Assembly (NCBI GenBank): GCA_964016885.1
Contig: OZ024740.1
Span: forward strand, 359,910,001-359,974,000
Reading direction: 5' to 3'
DNA length: 64,000 bases
DNA from: Eledone cirrhosa
Lineage: Eukaryota
Shown in pieces: positions 1 to 12,164 of this stretch; positions within the stretch are counted from its first letter, which is position 1; every line of letters starts with the position of its first letter. The translations under genes were made by a program, and so were the position numbers. Below the pieces are notes generated by a model, which was not told where the DNA came from, searched no databases, and saw nothing but the letters and a program-made list of their open reading frames with translations.

Positions 1-2215
1 GCTTCCATGTTTGGAATTTCTTCTCTAGCTCGGCCATTGATTCCGCTATGAGTGTCAGGTCGTCTGCGTATAGGAGTTCCCATGGGCAGCCTGTCTTGAA
101 CTCCTCTGTTATAGCCTGAAGGGCAATAATAAATAGTAGGGGGCTGAGAACAGAGCCCTGATGGACGCCAACTTTTACGCTAAACTCTTCACTATATTCG
201 TTGTTAATTCTAACCTTGCTGACTGTTTCTTTATACATGGCTTGTATAGCCCTCACAAGCCATTCGTCAACGCCTAGTTTTCTAAGAGCCCACCAGATAA
301 TGGAGCGGGGGACTCTGTCGAAGGCTTTCTCCAAGTCGACAAAAGCTAAGTAGAGGGGTTTACCTTTAGCTAGGTACTTCTCCTGTAGTTGTCGTACTAT
401 GAAAAGAGCGTCAGTGGTACTTTTGCCTGACACAAACCCGAACTGCATTTCATCTAGGTCAATTCTCTCTCTGATTAGTTGCGCTATTACTTTTTCTGTG
501 ACCTTCATGACCTGGTCGATTAATTTAATGCCTCTATAGTTACTCCTATCTAGGGCGTCTCCTTTACCCTTATAACAGTTAACGATGATGCTGCTATGCC
601 AGTCCTTCGGAACAACCCCATTCTGTACGACTTGGTTAACTATGCGGGTGACCATGGTGTGTCCCACCGTGCCAGATGCCTTCAGCATCTCAGCAACTAT
701 TTCCGAAGGCCCAGCCGCCTTACCTGTCTTCATATCCTTGATTGCCTTACTTATTATACTCCCCTCGACTAACACTGCTGGTCCCTCTATTGGGTCGACA
801 TGGGGGAGACTGTCTTTCTCCCATTTATTCTCCTCATTTAGTAGCCTTTCATAGTGACACTTCCAAGCTGCCTTCTTATCAGTGTCGGTGATGGCAAGTA
901 TGCCATCATCGTTAAGTACACACTTCTCCCCGACAATATCACGGTTTTCCTTGACGCATTGCCTAGCAATCCTGAACACCTCACGTTTTTGGTCATCGCG
1001 TTGTAGGACATGCTTGAACTTTCTTTCCTCAGCTTCCCTTCTTGCTAAGTACACTTCTCTCCTAGCTTCCCTCCTGGCCACTTGATAGTCTACTCTACTT
1101 CCCCCATCCCGCCATACTTTCCAAGCCTGCTTTTTGGCCTTAATTGACTCCTCCACCTTACTGTTCCACCACCATGTTACTCTCCTCCTGCCTACAGGCC
1201 TGCTCCAGCCACAGACTTCATCTGTGGCCAACAGCAGGTTTGCTTTCAGAAATTCCCACTGTCCCTCTATATTGTCCGACTCTAAGTGTTCTTCCTTACT
1301 GTCGAAAGCATCAAGTAATATGTTTTGAAATTTATTTTTGGCTGTGGGGTCCTTTAGCTTCCATATTTTTCTCCTGAGGATAGTCCTCTTCTGCTGTCGA
1401 GTACGTCTCGACCTGACTATGAGGTCGCTAATTATCAGTCTATGTTGGGAGGTGCATTCTTCATGGGGGAGGGATTTAGTGTTTACAACAGACACTCTGT
1501 CACGTCTTCTGGTAAGGATATAATCTACCTGGCTTGTGTGTTCCCCGGATCTATAGGTGATCAGGTGATTGTCACGTTTTTTGAAGTTAGTGTTACAGAT
1601 AGTTAGGTTATTTGCATCACAGAATTCCAGGATTCTGGAGCCTTCCTCATTTCTAGTACCAAACCCATAGCCTCCATGGATTTCGTCGTAGCCGTCACAA
1701 TGTTGCCCAACGTGACCATTTAGGTCGCCTGCAATAATTATATAGTCACTGTCAGATATTTGGGGGGTAGTGAGCATCAGTGTCTCATAGAATCTGTCTT
1801 TTATAGTGCCGGGCAGTCCGGATTGGGGTGCGTACGCAGATATTACTGTCACCGTAGTTCTATTGAGGACAAGTCGTATTTTAATTATTCTGTCGTTCAC
1901 TCTATTTACGTCTATTATCTTATCCGCCCACTTTTCTGCTACCATGATTCCTACTCCACCCAGCCCATCGTCGTTTCCCACCCAGAAAAGCTTATAACAT
2001 CGTTTTTTACCCTCAATGAATCTAGCAGACCCACCCCTCCACCTGGTCTCTTGAATACAACAAACATCGACCTCCTTACGTTCAAGCATTTCTACAACCT
2101 CGTTAGCGCGCCCCTTTAGGGTGCCTACATTTATGGTACCAACTCTGAAGTTTTGGATCGCGTTTGGAGGGTGGGGGTGGTGTGGGGCGGGGGGAGATGG
2201 GGTTATGTTAGCCAT
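1..2215 (-). CDS. RTE-clade LINE ORF (APE endonuclease + reverse transcriptase), 3' part beyond window edge
   Basis: Manual minus-strand translation from ATG at 2215: MANITP...FRVGTINVGTLKGRANEVVEMLERKEVDVCCIQETRW, SAYAPQ, IAGDLNGHVG, QVDYIL (APE), then AFVDLEKAFDRVP, VGVHQGSVLSPLLF, ELLYADDL (RT). Same frame at 2215 and at position 2. Absent from the ORF track, consistent with no stop inside the window. Confidence 0.93.
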   Translation of the reverse strand, partial: MANITPSPPAPHHPHPPNAIQNFRVGTINVGTLKGRANEVVEMLERKEVDVCCIQETRWRGGSARFIEGKKRCYKLFWVGNDDGLGGVGIMVAEKWADKIIDVNRVNDRIIKIRLVLNRTTVTVISAYAPQSGLPGTIKDRFYETLMLTTPQISDSDYIIIAGDLNGHVGQHCDGYDEIHGGYGFGTRNEEGSRILEFCDANNLTICNTNFKKRDNHLITYRSGEHTSQVDYILTRRRDRVSVVNTKSLPHEECTSQHRLIISDLIVRSRRTRQQKRTILRRKIWKLKDPTAKNKFQNILLDAFDSKEEHLESDNIEGQWEFLKANLLLATDEVCGWSRPVGRRRVTWWWNSKVEESIKAKKQAWKVWRDGGSRVDYQVARREARREVYLARREAEERKFKHVLQRDDQKREVFRIARQCVKENRDIVGEKCVLNDDGILAITDTDKKAAWKCHYERLLNEENKWEKDSLPHVDPIEGPAVLVEGSIISKAIKDMKTGKAAGPSEIVAEMLKASGTVGHTMVTRIVNQVVQNGVVPKDWHSSIIVNCYKGKGDALDRSNYRGIKLIDQVMKVTEKVIAQLIRERIDLDEMQFGFVSGKSTTDALFIVRQLQEKYLAKGKPLYLAFVDLEKAFDRVPRSIIWWALRKLGVDEWLVRAIQAMYKETVSKVRINNEYSEEFSVKVGVHQGSVLSPLLFIIALQAITEEFKTGCPWELLYADDLTLIAESMAELEKKFQTWK

Positions 2216-2397
2216 CCGCGGGCGAAACAAAGAAGAGTGCTCGCATTCTCGTCCACGAGGTGAATTTGACTTTAGCATTGGCATTTTCGCTCTGAGCGTC
2301 CAGATTTTTCTCTCCCTTCCACTCTCCAGGATTCCGCAGTCCGTCCATCCATCCATCCATCATATATCGAAGGCAACCGTGCAAGCGATAGTATAGG

Positions 2398-2550
2398 CCT
2401 CTGGCTTATGATTTGTCCGCGTAATAATAATAATGGTGATGCGTGTGGGGGGGGGGGTCTCTGGCTTATAGTAACAATGGTGATGCGTGTGGGGGGGGGG
2501 TCTCTGGCTTATGATTGGTCCACGTATTAAGAATGGTGGTGTGTGGGGGC
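2398..2550. repeat. Short imperfect tandem repeat in the presumed RTE 5' UTR
   Basis: Three units starting CTCTGGCTTAT...AATGGTGATGCGTGTGGGGG, about 40-60 bp each. Confidence 0.6.
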
Positions 2551-3058
2551 GGGTGGGAGGGGTGTGGGGTAGCTAGCTGGAAGGTTATGAATGTTTACCA
2601 GCGAGTAACAAAAAGCAAAACTGCAAGATTTGTTCTGTTCAATACGACAAAAACACCGTATTTAAACCTTAATAAATAACAAAAAAATACAGATTTCGGA
2701 TTTTGCGGGATTGGATGTTTGGTCTATGTACGAAATTGTGGTGTGTGGAGGAGATAGGAAAAACGTGAACGTTACGATTACATGGTTACACCGTAGTAGG
2801 GGTAGTTGAAGCAGCAATTGTTTGGCGAAAGTGAATAAACATGAAGGGGAATTTATCTTATATATATATGTGTGTGTGTGTGTAGCTAAGAGAGAGAGAG
2901 AGAGAGTGGGAAGGGGGAGAGAGAGAGAGAGAGAGTGGCTGACCGCAACCCCTCGTGAAGAAAATGGTGGGTGAAGGGTGTATGAGCGGGATTTTTGACT
3001 TTCGAGGTAGCATGATATATATATTTAAAGTAAATTATAAGAAGTAGAATGGAAAGGA

Positions 3059-3081
<23 letters not shown>

Positions 3082-3118
<37 letters not shown>

Positions 3119-3155
3119 ATATATATTATATATATATTATATATATAATATATAT

Positions 3156-3187
<32 letters not shown>

Positions 3188-3263
3188 AAATATATATATA
3201 TATTATATATAAATATATATATATATATATAATATATATATATATATAATATATATATATAAT

Positions 3264-3295
<32 letters not shown>

Positions 3296-3330
3296 ATATA
3301 TATATATATATAATATATATATATATATAT

Positions 3331-3362
<32 letters not shown>

Positions 3363-3433
3363 GTCGAGTGCTTTATATCAGTTATAAATATATTTACTTG
3401 TTGTATCCCAACAACTTTAAATAGAACTTTTGC

Positions 3434-3480
<47 letters not shown>

Positions 3481-3489
3481 TATATATAT

Positions 3490-3588
<99 letters not shown>

Positions 3589-3628
3589 AAATATATATAT
3601 ATATAATATATATATATATATAATATAT

Positions 3629-3660
<32 letters not shown>

Positions 3661-3757
3661 ATATATATATATATATATAATATATATAATATATATATAT
3701 ATAATATATATATATAATATATATATATATAATATATATAATATATATATATATAAT

Positions 3758-3847
<90 letters not shown>

Positions 3848-3864
3848 ATATTATATATATTATT

Positions 3865-3896
<32 letters not shown>

Positions 3897-3973
3897 TATA
3901 TATATATATATATTATATATATATATATATTAAATATATTATTTATATATATATATATTATATATATATATAT

Positions 3974-4072
<99 letters not shown>

Positions 4073-4085
4073 TATATTATATATA
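3082..4085. repeat. (TA)n / (TAA) microsatellite, about 1 kb
   Basis: Direct reading; preceded by a poly-T run and interrupted by about 70 bp of unique sequence at 3363-3433. Confidence 0.97.
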
Positions 4086-4198
4086 TTGGTAAACGGAATA
4101 GAAAATGCTGACAAATTGTTCACAGTTAAAAAATAGTTTAATTAGGAATAAAAGAGTATTAGTAATTGTATTGGTTAGTATTCAGTTGTGGTTTTAAG

Positions 4199-4237
4199 TT
4201 CTTACCGGTTGCGCATTTCTAAATGCTTTTCAAAAAT
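4199..4237 (-). ncRNA. Decayed hammerhead ribozyme remnant
   Basis: Minus strand TTGAAAA-GCATT-TAGA-AATGC-GCAA-CCGG-TA has hammerhead spacing with stem II and a palindromic stem III, but three core substitutions relative to CUGANGA/GAAA; next to (TA)n. Confidence 0.35.
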
Positions 4238-4586
4238 AATTTTGAGATAGAGCGTCCGTGTTGTTTGCTCTGATCTGATTAGTTTTGGGAATTCTACCTG
4301 TTTTTATGTTAATAAAGTGGCTCCAGCGCTACTCGGTGTTGCAAAAATTCTTGTGGTCAAAACAATTTTGATTGGTCGGTAGAGGTCATGTGAATGTAAA
4401 AAATTGATTTTGCGCCGAAACTGAGAAATGACTCTTTCACAACAAATATGTGTGTGTGTGTGTGTGTGTGTGTGCGCGTGTAGTAGTAGTAAAGTGTTCG
4501 ATGTTGTGATAATGGTTAGCAGGGATGTGTCTGCGGACAGCAGCCTGTTGACAGTTCAAATGGCTATTAAGATAAGTGTGTGTGTG

Positions 4587-4637
<51 letters not shown>

Positions 4638-4984
4638 CAGAGTACTTCGTGGTAGCGGGATGGTCAGTAGGAATGTGTCTGTAAGAAGTGGGGGTATTTT
4701 AGCATGTCAAAAGATATTTTTCAGCTTTTGTCTTATACGGAGAAGTGTGTGTGTGTATAAGTCTCTTTGTATGTTAATGTACGCGTGTGTATATATATAT
4801 ACATATATACGACACGCATATACATACACATATATATACACACATATACATACATAACACTAAATGATATATCTTTGTGTATGAATGTAAATATTCATTT
4901 ATGTATGTAAAGTGACTTTAGATCGGTGTGAATTAATCGTCCTTTCGGTTTTTAATAGATTTTGTGCTTATTGGACTGGAACGA

Positions 4985-5262
4985 ACCTCCGTCAGTTTCA
5001 GTTGTTCAATCAACGAGACTGTTTGCTCATGAAATTAACGTATATGTTGCAGAGTATTCCACAGAAATTCCCAGGGAGATTCAGCGTGACATATGTGTGA
5101 CAATGCTAGACCTTTGAATTACAGACACAGTCTATCGACGGGATTTCAAAAGTTTCCGTTTAGCTAGTTTCACTTACAAGTCAAAGGTCAACCTATGGCT
5201 ATAATAAACGATACTTGCCCAAGATGATTGCAAAGCGAACGTCTTAATAATTCAGCCACGCT
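4985..5262 (-). mobile_element. CORE-like tRNA-derived SINE (family B), decayed
   Basis: Shares CTCATGAAATTAACG, ATTCCACAG and ACTTGCCCAAG blocks with 42640-42985 and 18090-18340. Confidence 0.65.
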
Positions 5263-5396
5263 TACTGAATTGAATTCTAACTGTTGCAATGAAAAATTAA
5301 TCCGATGAAAACCTCACATTTATAAAGATGAGAGAGAGCAATAAAAAGTTGGGATATTCATATTTTTTCCAAGTGAAAAGTTAGGAGGTGATATTT

Positions 5397-5690
5397 GAAA
5401 GCGCGTGGCTTAGTGGTTATAGTCTACGGCTCAAAATCGTAAGGCTATGAGTTCGATTCCCGACGGCGCGTCGTGTCTTTGAGCAAGACACTTTATTTCA
5501 CGTAACTTCAGTTCATTCTGTTTGCACAAATGAGTTGAACCTGCGATTCAAAAAGCCAAACTTCTGTTTCGCTGAATCTCCCTGAGTATTGCGTTATAGG
5601 TACACTTGTTTGTGAAATGTGCGGTCACTTTCACGTTAATTTCATGATCTAGTTGTTCTGTTGATCTGACAAGAAGAACACTCGTTGTGA
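5397..5690 (+). mobile_element. CORE-like tRNA-derived SINE (family B)
   Basis: A box TGGCTTAGTGG, B box GAGTTCGATTCC, then GTGTCTTTGAGCAAGACACTTTA (CORE-like); 3' part matches other family B copies. Confidence 0.75.
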
Positions 5691-6446
5691 GAGTCAACAT
5701 TGTTCAGAGAAAAGCCTAATGATTTGAAGCATTTAATGCACGCACAGAGTCACCCAGTACAACATAAATTGTAAAAACTAACATAATACAGAGTCAAACA
5801 TTTGAAAGCTACAAGAAAGTTGCAATTCAAATTGTATGATCATCAGAAAGGCGTACATCGGCTATATTATATTAAATATTTTTTTTTACGATAATTAGAA
5901 TAAACAATTGGATAAATAAATTCCATGGAATAACAAATAAACAGTTGAAAAATAGCTCCTGTGCGTTGATTCTGTTTAAATGGTTAAAAGTTCAGTGGGT
6001 GACAAAATATTTTTTAACGACGTTCACATGTAACGAGGAGGAGTGAAAATATACCCACATATCGGGATTTGACTGACTGCTTCCTTTTCTTTTCGGTTGT
6101 CGTCGAGATCTCGAGTGTTCTCAGTCTCCAGAATATATGGCTGATGCAACAAGTGTCGCTAACAGTTCTCCGTGGCAATGCTTTCGCTATTTTGTCCGCG
6201 GGGCGCAGCTGAGATATACCCCCTAACCAAAGTATGCCCATCCCTTTTCCCTGCGCTTTTCTTCATTATTTTTTTTTTCTCCATCCCCTTTTCTCCTTCC
6301 TGTTGATTATTTTAACCCATTTTAAAAATACTTTCACCATTTTATACTTCCGTTCTGTTCACAATAAATTCGACACATTATTTTCATATTTAACTACGAG
6401 CAGTGTGATGGGGAAAATGTCGTGATGATGACAAGGTTTAAATAAC

Positions 6447-6630
6447 TGTTTCTACTATTGGCACAAGGCCAGAAAATTACCCAGTACATTACTGGTACTT
6501 TATTTTATCGACCCCGTAAGGATGAAAGGCAAAGTTAACCTCGGCGGGATTTGAACTCAGAATGGCAAGGGCCGTAACTCTATGCGTCAAAGCATGGCGT
6601 CCGAACCTCTACCGATACTGCCAATCCACC
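6447..6630 (-). mobile_element. tRNA-derived SINE family A with 17-bp TSD
   Basis: Reverse complement of GGTGGATTGGCAGTATCGGTAGAG...GAGTTCAAATCCCGCCGAGG...GCCTTTCATCCTTACGGGGTCGATAAAATAAAGTACCAG; TSD GACAAGGTTTAAATAAC at 6430-6446 and 6631-6647. Confidence 0.92.
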
Positions 6631-7029
6631 GACAAGGTTTAAATAACGTTAGCATTTGTGAATTACCGATACAATATACTTCAGCAGTACATATACTCAA
6701 GTTACCAAAAAAAAAAACAATAAATGAAAAGAAAAATATAAACAATGCAAGGAATGTGCCTGAACTTGTAGTAGAGAGGTCTATATTGATTTGTTTTCAT
6801 GTGAGCAATTGCATTGATCGCGTGTGTGAATATGCTTTAATCTTTGTATCTATATTGCTGTGTTTGTAAATGTGTGTATTTCTGTGATTAATTTAATATG
6901 TGTATCTGTGTATTTGTGTGATCATTTAGATTTTAACTTGGCAATATTTATGTAGATAACATAACTGAGTCGTGGGATAAAATGAAATCTTTAGCTATGA
7001 ATGGTGACATCATAAGTTTTCCACAAGCA

Positions 7030-7410
7030 AAAAGTCTAATTCAAATACAGAAAGATATTGTGACGCTAGCAAATGGTGTAAGGTTTAGAGAAGTCATAGA
7101 AATGATAATGTTCAGTTGCTAATGTCACATAGAGAATGTTTATCTAAAAAACAAAGTGCTCATGTTGTTAGAACAAGGGTAAGCTGAGAATGCAGAAATC
7201 CCACAAACTCTACTTAAATTGACTGCAAAGAATACTACTGAAGAATTGGCACCTGTAGAGGAGGGCCTGCACGTTTTTGCTGATAATGATCCTTATTCTG
7301 AACGTACAAAACTTGCAAATGGAATTTATAATGAGCACAGTTCCTGCACTGAGCTGCACAAATAGATGATGCACCATAAACATCAAACAACTTTAGATAA
7401 GTTCTTCGCC
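7030..7410 (+). pseudogene. Tigger/pogo-like transposase C-terminal remnant
   Basis: Frameshifted pieces DIVTLANGVRFREV / DNVQLLMSHRECLS and terminal HQTTLDKFF (7381-7407) resemble Tigger C-termini. Confidence 0.55.
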
Positions 7411-8112
7411 TATCAAACAGATGTTGATGATGATAAACTATAAGACAGAAAATGGTGTCCCTCATTCACCGAATAACTTCCACTACACCACCTCCCCTTA
7501 CACAACAATCAAGATTATTCGTGGTGAGAACATAACCTAATAAGACTTTTTAGTTATTCTCCAATGTATTTCTCTTTAAGTGTTTTCTTTTATGTATACA
7601 TACTGTATTGTGTGTGTTTAAAAATTGTTCAAAATTCCATTAGAACGCATTACTTCCGTAACGTTGGGTATTCATGCATGTGTGTGTGTGTGTGTAGAAG
7701 CTATTTCTATAATAAATTATTATATAAGTGTGTGTGTGTGTGTGTAAGTGTATGTATGTGTGTGTATATATTGTATGTGTGTGTGCATGCATATTTTTCA
7801 AGTACATATTCACAGTTTAAATACATACACCCCAAACCAGAGACACGAACACGCATGCACACACGCTATACAGACAAAAGGGGCATGCGCGCAAGTAATT
7901 TATCATAATTTCATTGATCTCTTCCTACTTATAACTTCGTTATAATTATTTCTTTATGGCAGGAAATTAAAAATAAACAACTGAATGTCATGGTTGCTTT
8001 TCTTGTCGAGGTATTTGCAGGTACAACATTAGCAGCGCTTGCTGGGGCAAACTTATTGTTTCAACAACAGACTGGAATGAACTTCCGTCAGTTTCGACGG
8101 TGAGAGTTCCAG

Positions 8113-8555
8113 TGATGGATTGGCAGATTTGATATAGCGTTCGATAAAATGCCATTGTGATATTTGTTCTGCATCCTCACAGTCTGAGTTCAAATCCACT
8201 GAGGTTGGTTTTGCCTTTCATGTTACGGGGTCAATAAAATAAAGTACCAGTAACGCACTGGGGTCCGTTTAATCGACTTTCCCCTCACTCCAAATTGTTG
8301 GCCCTGTGCCTAAAACAGAAACTATTAAAGGCAAGGGATTGGCAGTATCAATTAAGCGTCGGGTGCTATGCTTTGTGACATAGAGTTACGGCCCTTTATG
8401 GTCTGAGTTCAAATCACGATGAGGTTAGCTTTGTCTTTCATCCTAATGAGGTCAATAAAATAAAGTACCAGTATTACACTAGGGTCGATTTAATCGTCTT
8501 TTCCCTCTCCAAAAATTGTTGGTCTTGTTCCTACAGTAGAAACAATTATTATTAT
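8113..8555 (+). mobile_element. Two tandem diverged SINE family A copies (long variant)
   Basis: Two successive GATTGGCAG...TCTGAGTTCAAATC...TTTCAT...AAGTACCAGT...AGAAAC units. Confidence 0.85.
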
Positions 8556-8921
8556 TAAAAGATATTTGTTACATAGTTTTTCTTTCTCTTCGTTTTCTTT
8601 TTTATTTATTTATCAAACTCATATGTATGTGTGCGTGCGTGCATATATGTATGTGTGCGTGATTAGGAAGTTTGTGTCGTAGTCATGTGGCACATTGGGT
8701 AAGTGTCGTCTACTATAGCCGTGGGTCGTGTATGTGTGTGTGTGTGTGTGTGTAAATATGTGCGCTAAGCAGCCGAAGTATATGATAGTTATATACAGAA
8801 TAGAAGTAACTGAGACTGTATATGTCTATATAAATTTACACATTCCTAGTATATAGAAGTGTAAAAAAGCCAAATATATGTAAACTAAAAACACCTATCA
8901 TTTTCTCAGTTTATATATATA

Positions 8922-9600
8922 CTAGCCGAATTACCCGCACCTTGCTGTGTTTCACAAATCTTTTTTGTAAGAAATTGATGATTGATTTTAAATCAGTAAT
9001 ATAATTTATGGAGAAAAACTCTGCATTTCAATATTACTCAATGTAAAATGTAATGCATGAAAAATTGGAAAACATTATTTTTTGTAATATAAGGGCGGTG
9101 GATTGGCAGTATCGGTAGAGGGTCGGACGCCATGCTTTGACGCATAGAGTTACGGCCCTTGCCATTCTGAGTTCAAATCCCGCCGAGGTTAACTTTGCCT
9201 TTCATCCTTATGGGGTCGATAAAATAAAGTACCAGTAATACACTGGGTATTTGCTGGCCTTGTGCCAAAAATAGAAACAATTATTTTTTGTAATATATCA
9301 AATCAAAATTACATTATTAAATCTTATTCGTATTTTGTTTCTTGTAAATAATTTTTTTCAAAATATCGATTCAAAACTTTTGTGAATAGGCATCATATCT
9401 TGTTATTTACCTATGGTTCAAATTTCATATAAATCGAAGGGAAAAAATTTTCAGCGGGGGTTTTGTGCCCCCGGAGAACCCTTTGATTAAAATGAAATAT
9501 ACTTATCCAAGTACTCTGGGCAATGTAGTTTCAGAATATATATGGTTATGGGGGTCTATCTCCAAAACCATAGGAGGAGTTCGTGAACAAACAAACAAGC
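8922..9600 (-). mobile_element. Non-autonomous Helitron fragment with nested SINE
   Basis: A|CTAG at 8921-8925 followed by a degenerate GC-rich hairpin (CCCGCACCTTGCTGTG), like the 3' end at 23564; 5' end cut by a SINE at 9601. Confidence 0.5.
9092..9283 (+). mobile_element. SINE family A with 18-bp TSD
   Basis: Full head-to-tail copy; TSD ATTATTTTTTGTAATATA at 9074-9091 and 9280-9297. Confidence 0.92.
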
Positions 9601-10056
9601 AGGATGAAAGTTAAAGCTAACCTCAGCGAGATTTGAATTCAGAATGTAAAGGGGCATAACTCTATGCCTCACAGATGTTGTCCAACGTTCTACTGATTCC
9701 GCCAATCAACCGCAATTAATATAATAATGAAAATATAATTAATATTATATTAGTATTATAAGCTAATTAAATTATCAATCCTTCGCTGATAGTCACTAAT
9801 TTGTGGACGCAGCATGGCCGAATGGTTAAAACGATCCTACTGCATGACATTTTGGGCAAGTGGAATTTACCATAGTCTCGTGTCGATCTCCCTGCGAATT
9901 ACGTTAAGAGTACACATGACTGTGAAATACGCTCATCCCCTTATACATCAATTTCATGAGCAGTGAGTTCCTTTAAACTACTGGAACAATCATCGTCAAA
10001 ACTGACGGAATTTCATTCCAGTCTGTTGTTGAAAAATTAAGGTTGCGCCAGTTAAT

Positions 10057-10106
<50 letters not shown>

Positions 10107-10123
10107 GTGTGTGTGTATGAAGC

Positions 10124-10188
10124 ATTCGGGACCCCAACAACTGAGCTCCTGTCGTTTCAACAGGAGCTCAGCCGTCGGGGCCCTGAAT
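10124..10188. repeat. 65-nt hairpin (31-bp imperfect stem)
   Basis: ATTCGGGACCCCAACAACTGAGCTCCTGT-CGTTTCA-ACAGGAGCTCAGCCGTCGGGGCCCTGAAT. Confidence 0.85.
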
Positions 10189-10437
10189 CCTTCATATTGC
10201 CCCCTCTACTACCCCATGTACCAAATACTCTGGTGAGTAATGGTCTAACAGGTTTTTACTGCATCCATTCTGATTTATATATATATATATATATGCACGT
10301 GTGTGTGTAGTCGTTCTAACGCAGGTGATTGTAATAATAGTCAATCACTATAGTTAAACAAATCGGGTAAAATACGCTTGGAGATGGAAAAATGGACGGT
10401 GGCTCTGTATGCTTGCTTCTCTTTCTCTCTCTCTCAT

Positions 10438-10522
<85 letters not shown>

Positions 10523-11186
10523 TGGTGGACTGGCCAGGTTTCCAGGTTGCCCAATGGCAAGTGGGCCCCAGGTGGCCCACGGTAGCATTGCAAGAGCCCA
10601 CACTAGCATTGCAATGCCCACTATAGTATTTTAGGGGCCAATTGTTTGCTTTCAAAAATACCTGAAATCTAAGAGGAATAATAAAATGTCTTAAAAGATA
10701 AATAAAACAATTAAGCAAAGCATTTGGTCAACGAATTCGTCAGGGAATTACTAGAAACCAAAATATACGTTAGTGCAAATAGCTGGAATCAGTGGCTGTA
10801 CATTCTACTAAATCTAAAACTTAGTGTATTCATTCATGCATGCAAACATACATATATAGACACAGACACACAAGCATATATATATATATACAAACGATAG
10901 CAGTTCAGTGTTTCAGTCCACACCGGCTTGAGACATAGAACGAAATTTCCTGTTGATGACGTGAATCCTCTGTTCGATCATGGAATACCACAGGCTTACA
11001 TATTACGTAAGCTGGATGGATGAAACGTAAGCTGAATTTCATAGAAACCTATCGAACGTATTGCAAAATGTCCAGGTCAGGTGTCTAGCCTGATTAGTTT
11101 TTTTTCGTTGTTTTTGGTATTGTGTGGCTAGGTCTGCCTGCCGCAATTTTCAATTTGTCAAGCTGTCTAAACGTATGTTATTACTT

Positions 11187-11365
11187 TGGCAGTATCGGTA
11201 GAGGGTCGGACGCCATGCTTTCCAGCATAATTACGTCCCTTTACGATCTGAGTTCAAATCCCGCCGAGGTTGACTTTGCCTTTCATCCTTACGGGGTCGA
11301 TAAAATAAAGTACCAGTAATGCACTGGATAATTACTGGCCTTGTGACTAAAGTAGAAACAGTTAT
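11187..11365 (+). mobile_element. SINE family A (short variant, young)
   Basis: Near-identical to 44493-44673 and 45695-45881. Confidence 0.9.
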
Positions 11366-11508
11366 TACTCTAAGGCCCGACCGTATTGAGTGATTTGCTG
11401 CTCATTCCTAATTATAGGTCGTTTTGCTTGGCCACAGCCAAAGTTTCGATTTTACTATGCTTCCACTTGTGTATATATATATATATATATATATATACTA
11501 TACGAGCG

Positions 11509-11581
<73 letters not shown>

Positions 11582-11945
11582 ATACTTGGGGAGGGTCATA
11601 TTTGTGTAATATTGCCAGAATTAATAACAGAACACACTCACTGTATGGTTGGTTTTCGCTTCTCGCTTCTGTGTCTTTTATATCGGTAATCTAACTTACT
11701 CGGTCCTCAATGTTGCCATTGACTGACCGACGGTCAAAAATAATACAGATACAATATAGACACAAACACATATATATAGTTTATCATAAATCTTTCGTTG
11801 CACATCTGCAACATCGCCAGTGGTGCTATATTTTCCTCCTGTTGTATTGTATGTCTACGCCATTTTTATTCAGTCTGTCTATATATTTATTTATTTATTT
11901 GCTTGTTTGTTTATTTTATTTTGTCTTCTTTGCGCATGCGTTTGC

Positions 11946-12033
<88 letters not shown>

Positions 12034-12119
12034 TTACACATACACACAAACTACTGACCAAATAATGTTTGGTACCAATGGGTTAAAGACATCTGTGAAA
12101 TCAATTAGTGGTAAAGCTG

Positions 12120-12157
<38 letters not shown>

Positions 12158-12164
<7 letters not shown>

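Noticed and set aside
585-2396. Plus-strand ORFs over the first 2.4 kb
   Set aside because: Antisense shadows of the minus-strand RTE ORF
5397-5470. tRNA gene
   Set aside because: A and B boxes are present but there is no convincing acceptor stem, and it continues into a SINE body
5815-5855. Minus-strand CTGATGA followed by a CAATT/AATTG hairpin
   Set aside because: Second core box (GAAA) and NUH site are absent
10519-10925. hAT-like MITE starting CAGTGGTGGACTG
   Set aside because: Partner end (CAGTCCAC near 10915) is short and no TSD could be identified
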